Positions 32,727 through 41,494 of a DNA stretch of 64,000 nucleotides are shown piece after piece. The position numbers and the translations under genes were made by a program. The notes below the pieces were generated by a model, which searched no databases, was not told the origin of the DNA, and saw only the letters and a list, made by a program, of their open reading frames with translations. Each line of letters starts with the position of its first letter. Position 1 is the first letter of the stretch. The DNA is taken from positions 62,001 through 126,000 of IMG/VR virus record IMGVR_UViG_3300024502_000010. The stretch is one strand, 5' to 3'.

Positions 32727-32798
32727 AGCCCCCGACTGGATTTGAACCAGCGACCAACGGTTTACAAAACCGTTGCTCTACCACTGAGCTACAAGGGC
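32727..32798 (-). tRNA. tRNA-Thr(UGU), no encoded CCA
   Basis: Cloverleaf; D loop TAGCTCAGTGGTAGAGC; anticodon stem AACGG/CCGTT with TT-TGT-AA loop; GGTTCAAATCC T arm. Confidence 0.95.
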
Positions 32799-32799
32799 A

Positions 32800-33069
32800 T
32801 TAATCAACAGGTAACATTTCTGGATTTTCCAGTTCAAGTTCAAACATAAGAGGATGACATTCTTCAAGCATTAAGTAATATGATGCTTGATAAAGGTCCT
32901 CTGGTTCAAATCTTCTTTCGTTATCTGCTAATTTGATAAGTTCCAAATCGAATATTGATTCGTCTGGAAGGTCGTCAAAAGTAAAAGGAATTTGATTTAT
33001 GAAATACATCAGAACAATTTGTGTTCCGCGATTGTACCAAACATATCTGGCATCTATTCTGTATTTCAT
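32800..33069 (-). CDS. Conserved-looking cyanophage hypothetical protein
   Basis: 89 aa; late-type TAAATA near 33092. Confidence 0.7.
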   Translation of the reverse strand: MKYRIDARYVWYNRGTQIVLMYFINQIPFTFDDLPDESIFDLELIKLADNERRFEPEDLYQASYYLMLEECHPLMFELELENPEMLPVD

Positions 33070-33111
33070 AGAATAGTCCCTTACTTTTGTTTATTTAGAG
33101 GTATAACCTCA

Positions 33112-33195
33112 TAGGGCGAGGGAGACTTGAACTCCCACGGGCATAAGCCCAACAGATTTTAAGTCTGGTGTGTCTACCGATTCCACCACCGCCCC
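33112..33195 (-). tRNA. tRNA-Leu(UAA), no encoded CCA
   Basis: GGTGGAATCGGTAGAC D arm; CT-TAA-AA loop; variable arm GGGC/GCCC; GGGAG-TTCAAGT-CTCCC T arm; discriminator A. Confidence 0.93.
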
Positions 33196-33202
33196 AAAAA
33201 AC

Positions 33203-33588
33203 TTACGCTTTGTAAGTAGTAGGATTATACTTGATGTACTCCCAGAATGTCAACTTCATTTCTTTTTGTGACATTCCGCAGTGCTTTGCTGCTTGAGGGA
33301 GATTCCACTTTGCTGAAAAGAGTGCTTCATTTGCCTCTTTTACATTCTCTGGAGTGGTCTTGATTGGTTCCTCTTTGAGGTCTTTATATGAAATTTTATA
33401 TGGACTCATAGGGGACTTGCGTAAGAGAGAGTTTCTTCATCCACTGTAGCACGAACGAACTCTAGCACATTCATAAATTCATCTACCGTATCACAGGTCA
33501 CTTGCTTTTCTGAACCTTCACTGGAATACAGGTACACTGTACGCTTGATAGGGTCCACAACACAGCGTGAGAGGTACTCGTCTTGCAT
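33203..33588 (-). CDS. Two small hypothetical proteins (33203-33409, 33406-33588)
   Basis: Coupled ORFs downstream of the promoter at 33614-33642. Confidence 0.7.
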
Positions 33589-33613
33589 TCGGTCGTCCGT
33601 TGATTACCCATGT

Positions 33614-33642
33614 ATCATAGCACGGTCAGGGGTCGGTGTCAA
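33614..33642 (-). promoter_or_regulatory. sigma70-like promoter, probably also transcribing the tRNAs
   Basis: TTGACA (33637-33642)-N17-TATGAT (33614-33619). Confidence 0.8.
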
Positions 33643-33646
33643 GGGT

Positions 33647-34324
33647 TTAGAGTTCCAACCATTGAGAGGGGTGCGTCGAACTCTGGTGATAGTTAAAATG
33701 TTCTTCTTTCAAAGTAACACGAATATCACCAGGAATTACAATACGCTCTTCTTTTCTCTCCGTAAACTTTTGCGTAAAATGACCAACATTACTCGGAAAG
33801 ATAACAACTGTCCCTTCTTTTGGAGTAATCGTATAGTAATTGCAATTATACTTATTGTAATTACTGATTAAATTGTTTTGAGAGGATGTTTCAAATATTC
33901 CACCAACACATTCATTTTTATTTTTATCCTGAACAATACACAATCTATCAGAAGTTTCGTCAGTCTTTAGATAATAAACATAACTTAAATTAGATTCATT
34001 GTGCGTATGTGGTTTTAATGGTGGTTCTTCATCACTAAAATGGCATCCAACCCACGATTTGATGTTGTGATAACTCAGTTTACTATAATCTACATTGAGA
34101 ATTTTGAAGTAATTGTCTATGTGAGTACGAAGTTCTTTAAAAAAAGACTTATATTCTTCTTTTGAATGGACAAATATTTTTCCAGAGTACTCAGGACTTT
34201 CGTTCTCATATCCATTAAACCAATAATCACGAAGACGATCTAAATTATTTTTTTTAAATTCTTCATGACATTGGACATCACCTTGATAAATTATCAAAGG
34301 AAATAATTCGTGTATTTTACTCAA
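33647..34324 (-). CDS. Putative 2OG-Fe(II) oxygenase (TIGR02466-like)
   Basis: SWV...PHTH.ESNLSYVYYL, P.EGTVVIFPSNVGH, ERIVI jelly-roll motifs. Confidence 0.75.
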   Translation of the reverse strand: MSKIHELFPLIIYQGDVQCHEEFKKNNLDRLRDYWFNGYENESPEYSGKIFVHSKEEYKSFFKELRTHIDNYFKILNVDYSKLSYHNIKSWVGCHFSDEEPPLKPHTHNESNLSYVYYLKTDETSDRLCIVQDKNKNECVGGIFETSSQNNLISNYNKYNCNYYTITPKEGTVVIFPSNVGHFTQKFTERKEERIVIPGDIRVTLKEEHFNYHQSSTHPSQWLEL

Positions 34325-35094
34325 GTATATCTTTTTCCATTAATAACATACTCTCTATTATCTCCTGGATAGTCTTCAGGTGTCAAGCCTTCATATTCTG
34401 GTATATTTTTAGTTGTATCTTTTCTTTCAGCAAAGACAGTGTAATCGCAATTGATTGTGGCACCAGAATTATTTTTTACAATAATCTTTGTACCCCATTC
34501 AATTTTATCAACAAACAATTCTTGATAATGTCCAACAGGAGTTAATGTTACTCCAAGTGTTTCAAAATCTACAAGATTTCTCCAGTATTCTGGAAGTTCA
34601 ATTGTATTTGAATCTTTAAGTTTTCCCCTCAAATAAACTTCTGCAGATGGACCTTCTACGCAAATATATCTTAGCCTGTGGTCTTGTTTTGTTGGATGGG
34701 GAATATCAAATCCTTTTTTTCCATCCCAGCTACTAGCTGCAGAATTTAATGATCTTCCTCCCCATATTAAATTCTCTGCTGTTAGAGTTTTTTGTACTTC
34801 AAGATTGCGATCAATATAAACATCTTTACTAAAGTTAGTTAGATCTGCCTCAATGTTAAAAGTTGGAATAGGACCACTGTTTCTCTCTAGAGTTACATTG
34901 GAAGTACTACTTCCATCCAAATGCAGAGTAACATAATCTGATGGAGATGCTGTAGTGTTAACCAAAAGCATTGAAACATCGCTTAGGTTAAAGTAACCAT
35001 CAAATGGGTCTAATGAAAAATCGTCATTATCTCTAAATTCAACATTTGTTCCGGGACCAGTAAAGGTCCCATATTTTTCAAAAGTATATGCCAT
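34321..35094 (-). CDS. Baseplate hub/gp5-C-associated protein with S74-like chaperone tail
   Basis: GFDIPHPTK...LRYICVEGPSAEVYLRG.L...NTIELPEYW motif. Confidence 0.55.
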   Translation of the reverse strand: MAYTFEKYGTFTGPGTNVEFRDNDDFSLDPFDGYFNLSDVSMLLVNTTASPSDYVTLHLDGSSTSNVTLERNSGPIPTFNIEADLTNFSKDVYIDRNLEVQKTLTAENLIWGGRSLNSAASSWDGKKGFDIPHPTKQDHRLRYICVEGPSAEVYLRGKLKDSNTIELPEYWRNLVDFETLGVTLTPVGHYQELFVDKIEWGTKIIVKNNSGATINCDYTVFAERKDTTKNIPEYEGLTPEDYPGDNREYVINGKRYT

Positions 35095-35480
35095 TATTGA
35101 CTAATCTCCACCTTCTTCCATTCTTGATTTTGCTCATCCCAGTTATAGATTGCTGGATTTTCTGGATCTCGCTCTGGCATGGGCACTGGAGATTCCCATA
35201 AACAAGTTGCCTCATTTAATCTCCAACTTTCATAAGGTTTTGGTGGAATAAAAGCATTTCTCATATCATCATAAGTGTATCCAACTGATGGATAATTTTT
35301 CCTTAGACTGCCATTATAGCTTGCTTGTCTCCAGTTTGTATAATCTCCAAAGAGAGACTTGCAAAATGCAATTCCTACTTCTTCAGATTCTTGACCATAT
35401 TGGTCTCTACAATCATCGTTTCCGACAACGACTACACGAAGAACTTGATTTTCGTGATTAATTTCTGCAAAATGTGCCAT
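35094..35480 (-). CDS. Conserved phage protein (MAHFAEI... family) usually paired with Gly-rich domains
   Basis: MAHFAEI..N.V.RVVVV, W.Q.SYNG.LRKNY...GYTYD...AFIPPKPY.SW.L. Confidence 0.7.
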   Translation of the reverse strand: MAHFAEINHENQVLRVVVVGNDDCRDQYGQESEEVGIAFCKSLFGDYTNWRQASYNGSLRKNYPSVGYTYDDMRNAFIPPKPYESWRLNEATCLWESPVPMPERDPENPAIYNWDEQNQEWKKVEISQ

Positions 35481-35494
35481 ATTTTTCTCCTTAA

Positions 35495-36415
35495 TTAATT
35501 AAAACGAATAGAACCAGAAGTTGTAAATCTATAAACCCTATATCCGGAACGAGTTGGATTGGTTACAGTTCCACTTACTACAGTGGCAGCTGGATAACTG
35601 TCTTTGTATGCAATAATTACAATGCCAGATCCACCATTACCAGCAGGTTCTCCATTACTATATCTATCATTTCCTCCACCACCACCTCCGGTGTTAACAG
35701 TTCCATTACCGCCAGCAACAGTATACCAATTACCATTACCACCACCACCTAATCCACCAGAAGTTTGTGATTGGTATGGATGATATGCTCCACCACCTCC
35801 TCCACCACCATAATAAGTTTGTGTTCCTGTAATTGAATATTGGAGTCCATTTCCACCACTTCCACCATAGGTTTGACTTCCTCCATCAGCGCCAGCTCCG
35901 CCACCACCACCACCGCCACTATTTCCTTGTCCTCCATTATTTCCAGAACTAATTAAGAAAGCCGCAGTGTCTACAGAAGAAACGAAATTATAACTTGCAA
36001 TTGATTGGTAAAGAGTTCCTCCAACACTACTAGAATTATTATTAGAAGCACCTCCTCCAGATCCGCCCGATTTCCCACCAGTAGTTATGGATGCTCCACC
36101 GGAACCACTACCACCTCCACCACCACCTTGAGCTATTAATTTGGAAAAATATGAATCCGATCCAGTAAGTCCATCATATCGAGAACCAGACCAATTTCCT
36201 CCAGCTCCACCTGCACCAATAACTACTGAATAATCTGTTGCAGGAATAACCAAAGTATCTGAGGTATAGACAACTCTACCTGCACCACCACCACCACCTA
36301 ATGATACTCCACCCCCACCTCCACCACCTACTACCAAAATTTCAACAGGAATGGCTCTAGGATCTACTTTAAATGGTATTGTTCCCCCAAATCCAAATTG
36401 ACTTAATCTACTCAT
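35495..36415 (-). CDS. Glycine-rich domain virion protein
   Basis: VEILVVGGGGGGG, YYGGGGGGG, NTGGGGGG, GNGGSGIVIIAY motifs. Confidence 0.75.
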   Translation of the reverse strand: MSRLSQFGFGGTIPFKVDPRAIPVEILVVGGGGGGGVSLGGGGGAGRVVYTSDTLVIPATDYSVVIGAGGAGGNWSGSRYDGLTGSDSYFSKLIAQGGGGGGSGSGGASITTGGKSGGSGGGASNNNSSSVGGTLYQSIASYNFVSSVDTAAFLISSGNNGGQGNSGGGGGGGAGADGGSQTYGGSGGNGLQYSITGTQTYYGGGGGGGAYHPYQSQTSGGLGGGGNGNWYTVAGGNGTVNTGGGGGGNDRYSNGEPAGNGGSGIVIIAYKDSYPAATVVSGTVTNPTRSGYRVYRFTTSGSIRFN

Positions 36416-36481
36416 TTTATTTTTACTTTTATGCTGATTTAGTAGTTATTTAGTATTAAAATCCAAATCAAATTTTCACAA

Positions 36482-37144
36482 TCAAGAATCAATTTCCACT
36501 ATCAATCTTGGAACATCCTTTCTTGTAGCAAAAACATGATAAAAACAATTTATAGGAATTCCTGCTTTTGCTTGAAGATAAATTTTGTTGTCTTGTATTC
36601 TTTTTACTATAATATCCTGATGTGATCCAACGGGAGTTAATGATACTGTAATTGTATCACTATCTACAAGTTCTGTCCAGTATTCTGGCAACTCAATTAC
36701 TGTTTGATTTAATGCTCTACCACGAACATAAACACCATTTTCTGGTCCTTCAAGGCAAGTATGAACTAATTTTTTACCTGCTTTAGATGGGTGGTCAATT
36801 ACAAAGTTTTTAATTGATGCTTGAAGAACTTTTGTCCTTACAACTTCAGCTTCAACATATTTTGCTTTTAAGAGTAAATCAACTCTTACAAAGCTTTGAA
36901 ATCTTGAATATAATCTTGACCACAATGAATAAAGTGGTTGCGTTTTTGCGTCGGGATTTTTTAATTGCCCAATCATTAAAGATGCCTTTGCTGTGCTATG
37001 TTCTCCTGCTGCACCAACTTGAAATGGTCCTTCACAAAATCCAGACCCTCTTATTTTTTCATCAGCAACCCCAAGTGCTTTGGGGAAACCTGACCCAACC
37101 ATCAATTGTCCACCAACTGCATTATCATCCATTAAAAATGCCAT
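36482..37144 (-). CDS. Baseplate hub/gp5-C-associated protein with S74-like chaperone tail
   Basis: KNFVIDHPSK.GKKLVHTCLEGPENGVYVRG motif; start reassigned to MAFLMDD at 37144. Confidence 0.55.
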   Translation of the reverse strand: MAFLMDDNAVGGQLMVGSGFPKALGVADEKIRGSGFCEGPFQVGAAGEHSTAKASLMIGQLKNPDAKTQPLYSLWSRLYSRFQSFVRVDLLLKAKYVEAEVVRTKVLQASIKNFVIDHPSKAGKKLVHTCLEGPENGVYVRGRALNQTVIELPEYWTELVDSDTITVSLTPVGSHQDIIVKRIQDNKIYLQAKAGIPINCFYHVFATRKDVPRLIVEIDS

Positions 37145-37154
37145 AATTTTCTCC

Positions 37155-37820
37155 TTATTTGTTGTTTCTTGATTGTACAGATCTTCCGCCAACTTTAGAA
37201 TCTTTGTTGGCAACAGAATCGCTTACCCCTCTAATTATTGGAGCATAAATTTCCATGACAGTATTTGCAACAATTTCTGCTGTTCCCGGTGTCGCCAATT
37301 TATATAAAGATTTGGCATTAACTAAAACTTTTTTCGCATCTAATTCGATATTTTCGCTTGCATTGATGCGAATGTTTCCTTTGCTACCACCTTCACCAAC
37401 AGCGACTAATTCGATATCAGTTCCTTGAAGTCTGAGTTTTCCGTTAGAAGCAATGATAGCAATACTACCATTCCAAGAATGAATAAAAAGAGTCTCTTCA
37501 GATTCTGTTAAATCTTGTCCAGACTCAATAACAACTCTTCCTGGTGCCGTAATTTGACTACAACCTTTTCTTGGACCATCATTATCCAAAATGACAGAAT
37601 GTCTGGCATCAAATGCCTGAACCATAACACCGGCAGTTACATCAGCATTTTTGTGAATGTGACCGAAACTAATCGACCCATGATCATTACCATACCTCAT
37701 TGCAGTATAATTCTGCTTAGCAGTATTATTTCTTGAGATATTATCTGCAAGAAGTTCCTCTCTACCTGCTCTAGGCGGTGTTGCAACCTTTGTATTAAAA
37801 GTATTTTGGGCTGTTGCCAT
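37155..37820 (-). CDS. gp5 C-terminal beta-helix-like baseplate needle protein
   Basis: Repetitive beta-strand I.I.A..G.I.L.G..IEL.A pattern downstream of the gp5-like gene. Confidence 0.55.
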   Translation of the reverse strand: MATAQNTFNTKVATPPRAGREELLADNISRNNTAKQNYTAMRYGNDHGSISFGHIHKNADVTAGVMVQAFDARHSVILDNDGPRKGCSQITAPGRVVIESGQDLTESEETLFIHSWNGSIAIIASNGKLRLQGTDIELVAVGEGGSKGNIRINASENIELDAKKVLVNAKSLYKLATPGTAEIVANTVMEIYAPIIRGVSDSVANKDSKVGGRSVQSRNNK

Positions 37821-37860
37821 TAGTAGTAAAAATTCAATATACTATTATTTAATAGGGTTA

Positions 37861-40800
37861 TTATTGCTCCGTTGTCGATTGCGGAGTTCCTGGAATATTG
37901 AGTCTTGGATTGTTACTATTAATATCAGTACCAGATCTCTGAATTGCGCTTGGAGCTGTAGTAACCTGAGCAGTAATGCTTTCTTGTAGAGTGTTGTAAA
38001 CTCTGACTTGAGTTCCAACAGTCTTATAGAATCCAGCATATGGAATGCCATTATCGTAGTAAACGGCACCATAGTATGCTCTTCCATCTACATATCCAGT
38101 TTGCTTGAGACCAACCAAATCTGTAACTTGAATTAATTTTTCTGGAATTTGTTGGACTTCTAATATTGGATCTCTAACAACACGAAACACTGGTCTAAAT
38201 GTGGCATTAACACCAGTTTCTGACTCAATAGTAATTTCTGGATATACATCAAATCCAATTCCCGGAGTAACAACTGAAACTCCAACAATTCTACCAAAAG
38301 AATCGCAATTATAATCAAGCACTGCACCATTGCTCGGAGTAATTTTTATCTGATCAACCCCACAGTTATAATTAATTCCCGAATTCTCTACAATAATTCT
38401 ATCTAAAACAAGTAGAACTGTATATTCTCCACCTTGTGGTGGTGGAGGAGTATATCCATTTCCTGGATCTAAAATTTCTACTCTTTCAATAACTCCTCTA
38501 CCACTTATTTTTTTCGCACATGGTGGTGGAATCAGAATTGCAGAAACTGCCATAGGATTGTCTGTCCAAGCAATTGTATCTGAAGAAGAACTTTGAATAT
38601 CTTTACTGATGTATAGTGCAACTCCCATCGGATTCTTTTCAAAAATAAACTCATCGCGAATTTTTGCCTCAGACTTAGTATTCTGCAATATTATCTCAAT
38701 AGTATGGTTTCCAGCTGTTGCATTAAATGTATATTGAACTTTTTGCCCAACAAAATCGGATGTGCTATAAACTTCTACACCATCAACTTTAAATATGGCA
38801 GCATTATCTGCTTGAAAATTGAATTTATAAACTCCACCCTGAGGGAAATTAACATTAGTCCATTTTAATGTAAAATCTCCAATAATTGCTTCATCTTCTT
38901 GACTTATAGATTTAAAAACTTTTGGAGAAATAGAGAAGTCGTTCATGTATGTACTCCAACGACTATCCTGATATTTAAAAAGTGTTGGACCGCTGTAGGT
39001 TACTCCATTTTTTGTAGTAGAACCTCCTGCTGGAGCTCCCGCTTCAACTCTAAAAATAAGATCATAAGTATTTCTTCCCAAAGGAGTTCTTCTTCTATTT
39101 GAAGATTTAAAAATACCCGATGAAGCTGTAATTTGAATGTCGTCATTATCATTGTTGGTTGCAATGTAGTCTGCAAAAATTTTATTACTTTCACCTTCAC
39201 CGGCTTCTTTTGCCTTAGTTCCGTTTTTAATTAATCCTTGCTCAACACTTTTAAATTTTGCAGAATTTTCTTTTGCAACTACTCTATAATTAATACCAGG
39301 TCTTACTTTTATTTTTTCCGTTCTTGTTTCTTTAACCTTTTGGGCACCCAAGATGGTAAATGAATCTTTACCGTCTTCAGATGTAAATGAAAAGGATAAA
39401 TCTCTTATTGCCCCTTCTCCATATACATTGAAAGAGACTTCTGTGCTCTGAGCGGCAGTTGGTGGAGATGCCCAATCTTGTGTACTAAAAACTTTAGTAT
39501 CTACATATTTTTTTATTTCTTGTGGTTTATTGTTAACCTCAACTGTAATTGTATGTCTACCTTTAGTTAGATATTTCTTTGCTAATTTTGGATTGGTTAC
39601 ATTAAATCCATCTAAAGTCGATACTTCTTGCCCATCGATTAATAATCTTCCAGTATTATCTCTGGTTCCTTTAACACCATAAAATCCAGCATAAGGAAGA
39701 TCAACTTCCCAAGAATTACTGAAAGTAACTCCTGCAGTATCGCTTCCCGGAGTATTGAGAGGAAGAACCGGAGATATTGCATATCTATTCATGAATGGAC
39801 TCCAAGCATTTCCTCTGGTAAATCTCACTGGATACCATTTTTGAGAAGAACCCGGAAATCTGGTAGACCAAATTGGATTAGGTGGACATCTTCCAGTTTG
39901 TATTGGTGGTTGCTCTTGAGGGATGTTTGGCATTGGAGCAACCATAGATAAAGAAACTCCCATTGGATTTTCATTCCAAGATTTTGGAGAAATTGTAGTT
40001 TCTGTCTGGGAAGTTACTGCGGATCCTGGAACTTCAAAGGTAAGATCATAAGTGTTTCTTCCGTAAGGTGTCTTTCTTCTATTCGAAGATGTAAAAGTTC
40101 CTAAAGAAGTGGTAACCTGAATATCATCATTGTCATTTCTAGTTGAAGTATAATCCGCAAAAATTTTGTTACCATTACCCGCAGGAAGTTCCTTACTTTT
40201 TACCCCATTTCTAACTAATCCCTGCTCAACTCCTTTAAATTTTGTAGAGTCCTCTTTTGCCTTTACTTTGTATTTTACTCCAGGTCTTACCTTTATCTTC
40301 TCTATTCTTGTTTGTCTGTTGCTCTGAGCCCCTAAGATAGTAAATGAATCTTTGCCGTCTTCGGATGTGAATGAAAAAGATAAATCTCTAAAGGCACCCT
40401 GACCATATACTGTGAAATCTACCTCAACAAAATTTGGTTTAGTGGTAGTTGTAGATTCATATATTTCCTGATTACGCAATTCAACTCTTATTATATGACT
40501 TCCTTCTTGAACTGTTTTTTGGATTGGTTTTGGATTTTCTGCAAATCCATTTAACTTGCCAACTTGATTATCGTCAATAAAAAGAGTTGCAATATTATCA
40601 CAATTGCCTCTAAAGATATATTCTCCAGTAATCGGAAAATACTCTTCCCATTCTAAATTAAAAACAAGACCACTATAATCACTTCCCTTTAAATCGGATG
40701 GAGGAACTGGAGAAACTGCATATTTGTTCATATGCTCTCCCCATCTCGGGAAGGTAACTTGATTTACTTCGTAAATTTCTCCATTAGAGTCTGTAATTGA

Positions 40801-41490
40801 CCTTGGATTAGTTTGTCTCGAAGTCCAGTAAGGATTTTTTAATACGCTTTGGTATAAATCAATCTCTCTTCTAATGGGGTCTTCGGTTATTGATGTGTAT
40901 CCAGATGGATCCCATCTACCAAGATTTTCGCCATTTACTCCAAAAGATTCTCCATATCCAACATCAGTATCTTCGCATAATTCATATTCCTCAAAATCTT
41001 CTTCTCCCTCAAATACTTCTATTTGGTCTGGAGTTTCTCCAAGAATAGATCTTAAAACAGTTCCGTTGCCAAATAAACAATCATCCTTTGCAATAGTGAT
41101 TGGTGGATACTTATATCCATGACCACCTCTAACAACATCAACAGCAAGTAAAGAACCGTCTCTACCAATAATAGGATTTGCTGCAGCACCTACACCATCT
41201 CCACCAAAAAATATAATTTTTGGGGGTCCACACTCACGGTAAGATTGAATTCCGTCACATTCTCCAGTTGCATTGAGTAAGTCGTTAGGAGTTAAATCAT
41301 TAACTTCATTGATATTCAGATATCTAATGTTATTATTGCCATCAGTAAAAATAAAAGTTGTTCCTGGATTATCTTTAGCGTAATTATTTGCTTCACAAAT
41401 AGTTATTTCCGTAATATATCCAAAGTTTGGGTCTACATATCCGACTTTAATATCATCTTTTGTTGGATTAGAAAATAAATTAAAAGTCAT
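37861..41490 (-). CDS. Large virion protein with repeated PA14-like domains
   Basis: W..YFP.TG.Y.F...CDN.ATLFID type repeats; internal duplication with a 984-bp period. Confidence 0.7.
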   Translation of the reverse strand: MTFNLFSNPTKDDIKVGYVDPNFGYITEITICEANNYAKDNPGTTFIFTDGNNNIRYLNINEVNDLTPNDLLNATGECDGIQSYRECGPPKIIFFGGDGVGAAANPIIGRDGSLLAVDVVRGGHGYKYPPITIAKDDCLFGNGTVLRSILGETPDQIEVFEGEEDFEEYELCEDTDVGYGESFGVNGENLGRWDPSGYTSITEDPIRREIDLYQSVLKNPYWTSRQTNPRSITDSNGEIYEVNQVTFPRWGEHMNKYAVSPVPPSDLKGSDYSGLVFNLEWEEYFPITGEYIFRGNCDNIATLFIDDNQVGKLNGFAENPKPIQKTVQEGSHIIRVELRNQEIYESTTTTKPNFVEVDFTVYGQGAFRDLSFSFTSEDGKDSFTILGAQSNRQTRIEKIKVRPGVKYKVKAKEDSTKFKGVEQGLVRNGVKSKELPAGNGNKIFADYTSTRNDNDDIQVTTSLGTFTSSNRRKTPYGRNTYDLTFEVPGSAVTSQTETTISPKSWNENPMGVSLSMVAPMPNIPQEQPPIQTGRCPPNPIWSTRFPGSSQKWYPVRFTRGNAWSPFMNRYAISPVLPLNTPGSDTAGVTFSNSWEVDLPYAGFYGVKGTRDNTGRLLIDGQEVSTLDGFNVTNPKLAKKYLTKGRHTITVEVNNKPQEIKKYVDTKVFSTQDWASPPTAAQSTEVSFNVYGEGAIRDLSFSFTSEDGKDSFTILGAQKVKETRTEKIKVRPGINYRVVAKENSAKFKSVEQGLIKNGTKAKEAGEGESNKIFADYIATNNDNDDIQITASSGIFKSSNRRRTPLGRNTYDLIFRVEAGAPAGGSTTKNGVTYSGPTLFKYQDSRWSTYMNDFSISPKVFKSISQEDEAIIGDFTLKWTNVNFPQGGVYKFNFQADNAAIFKVDGVEVYSTSDFVGQKVQYTFNATAGNHTIEIILQNTKSEAKIRDEFIFEKNPMGVALYISKDIQSSSSDTIAWTDNPMAVSAILIPPPCAKKISGRGVIERVEILDPGNGYTPPPPQGGEYTVLLVLDRIIVENSGINYNCGVDQIKITPSNGAVLDYNCDSFGRIVGVSVVTPGIGFDVYPEITIESETGVNATFRPVFRVVRDPILEVQQIPEKLIQVTDLVGLKQTGYVDGRAYYGAVYYDNGIPYAGFYKTVGTQVRVYNTLQESITAQVTTAPSAIQRSGTDINSNNPRLNIPGTPQSTTEQ

Positions 41491-41494
41491 TATT

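Noticed and set aside
35495-36415. CCACCACC runs as G-quadruplex or repeat element
   Set aside because: Fully explained by poly-Gly codons
37155-37213. 59-bp overlap suggesting a programmed frameshift
   Set aside because: Resolved by the downstream start MAFLMDD at 37144; no slippery site needed
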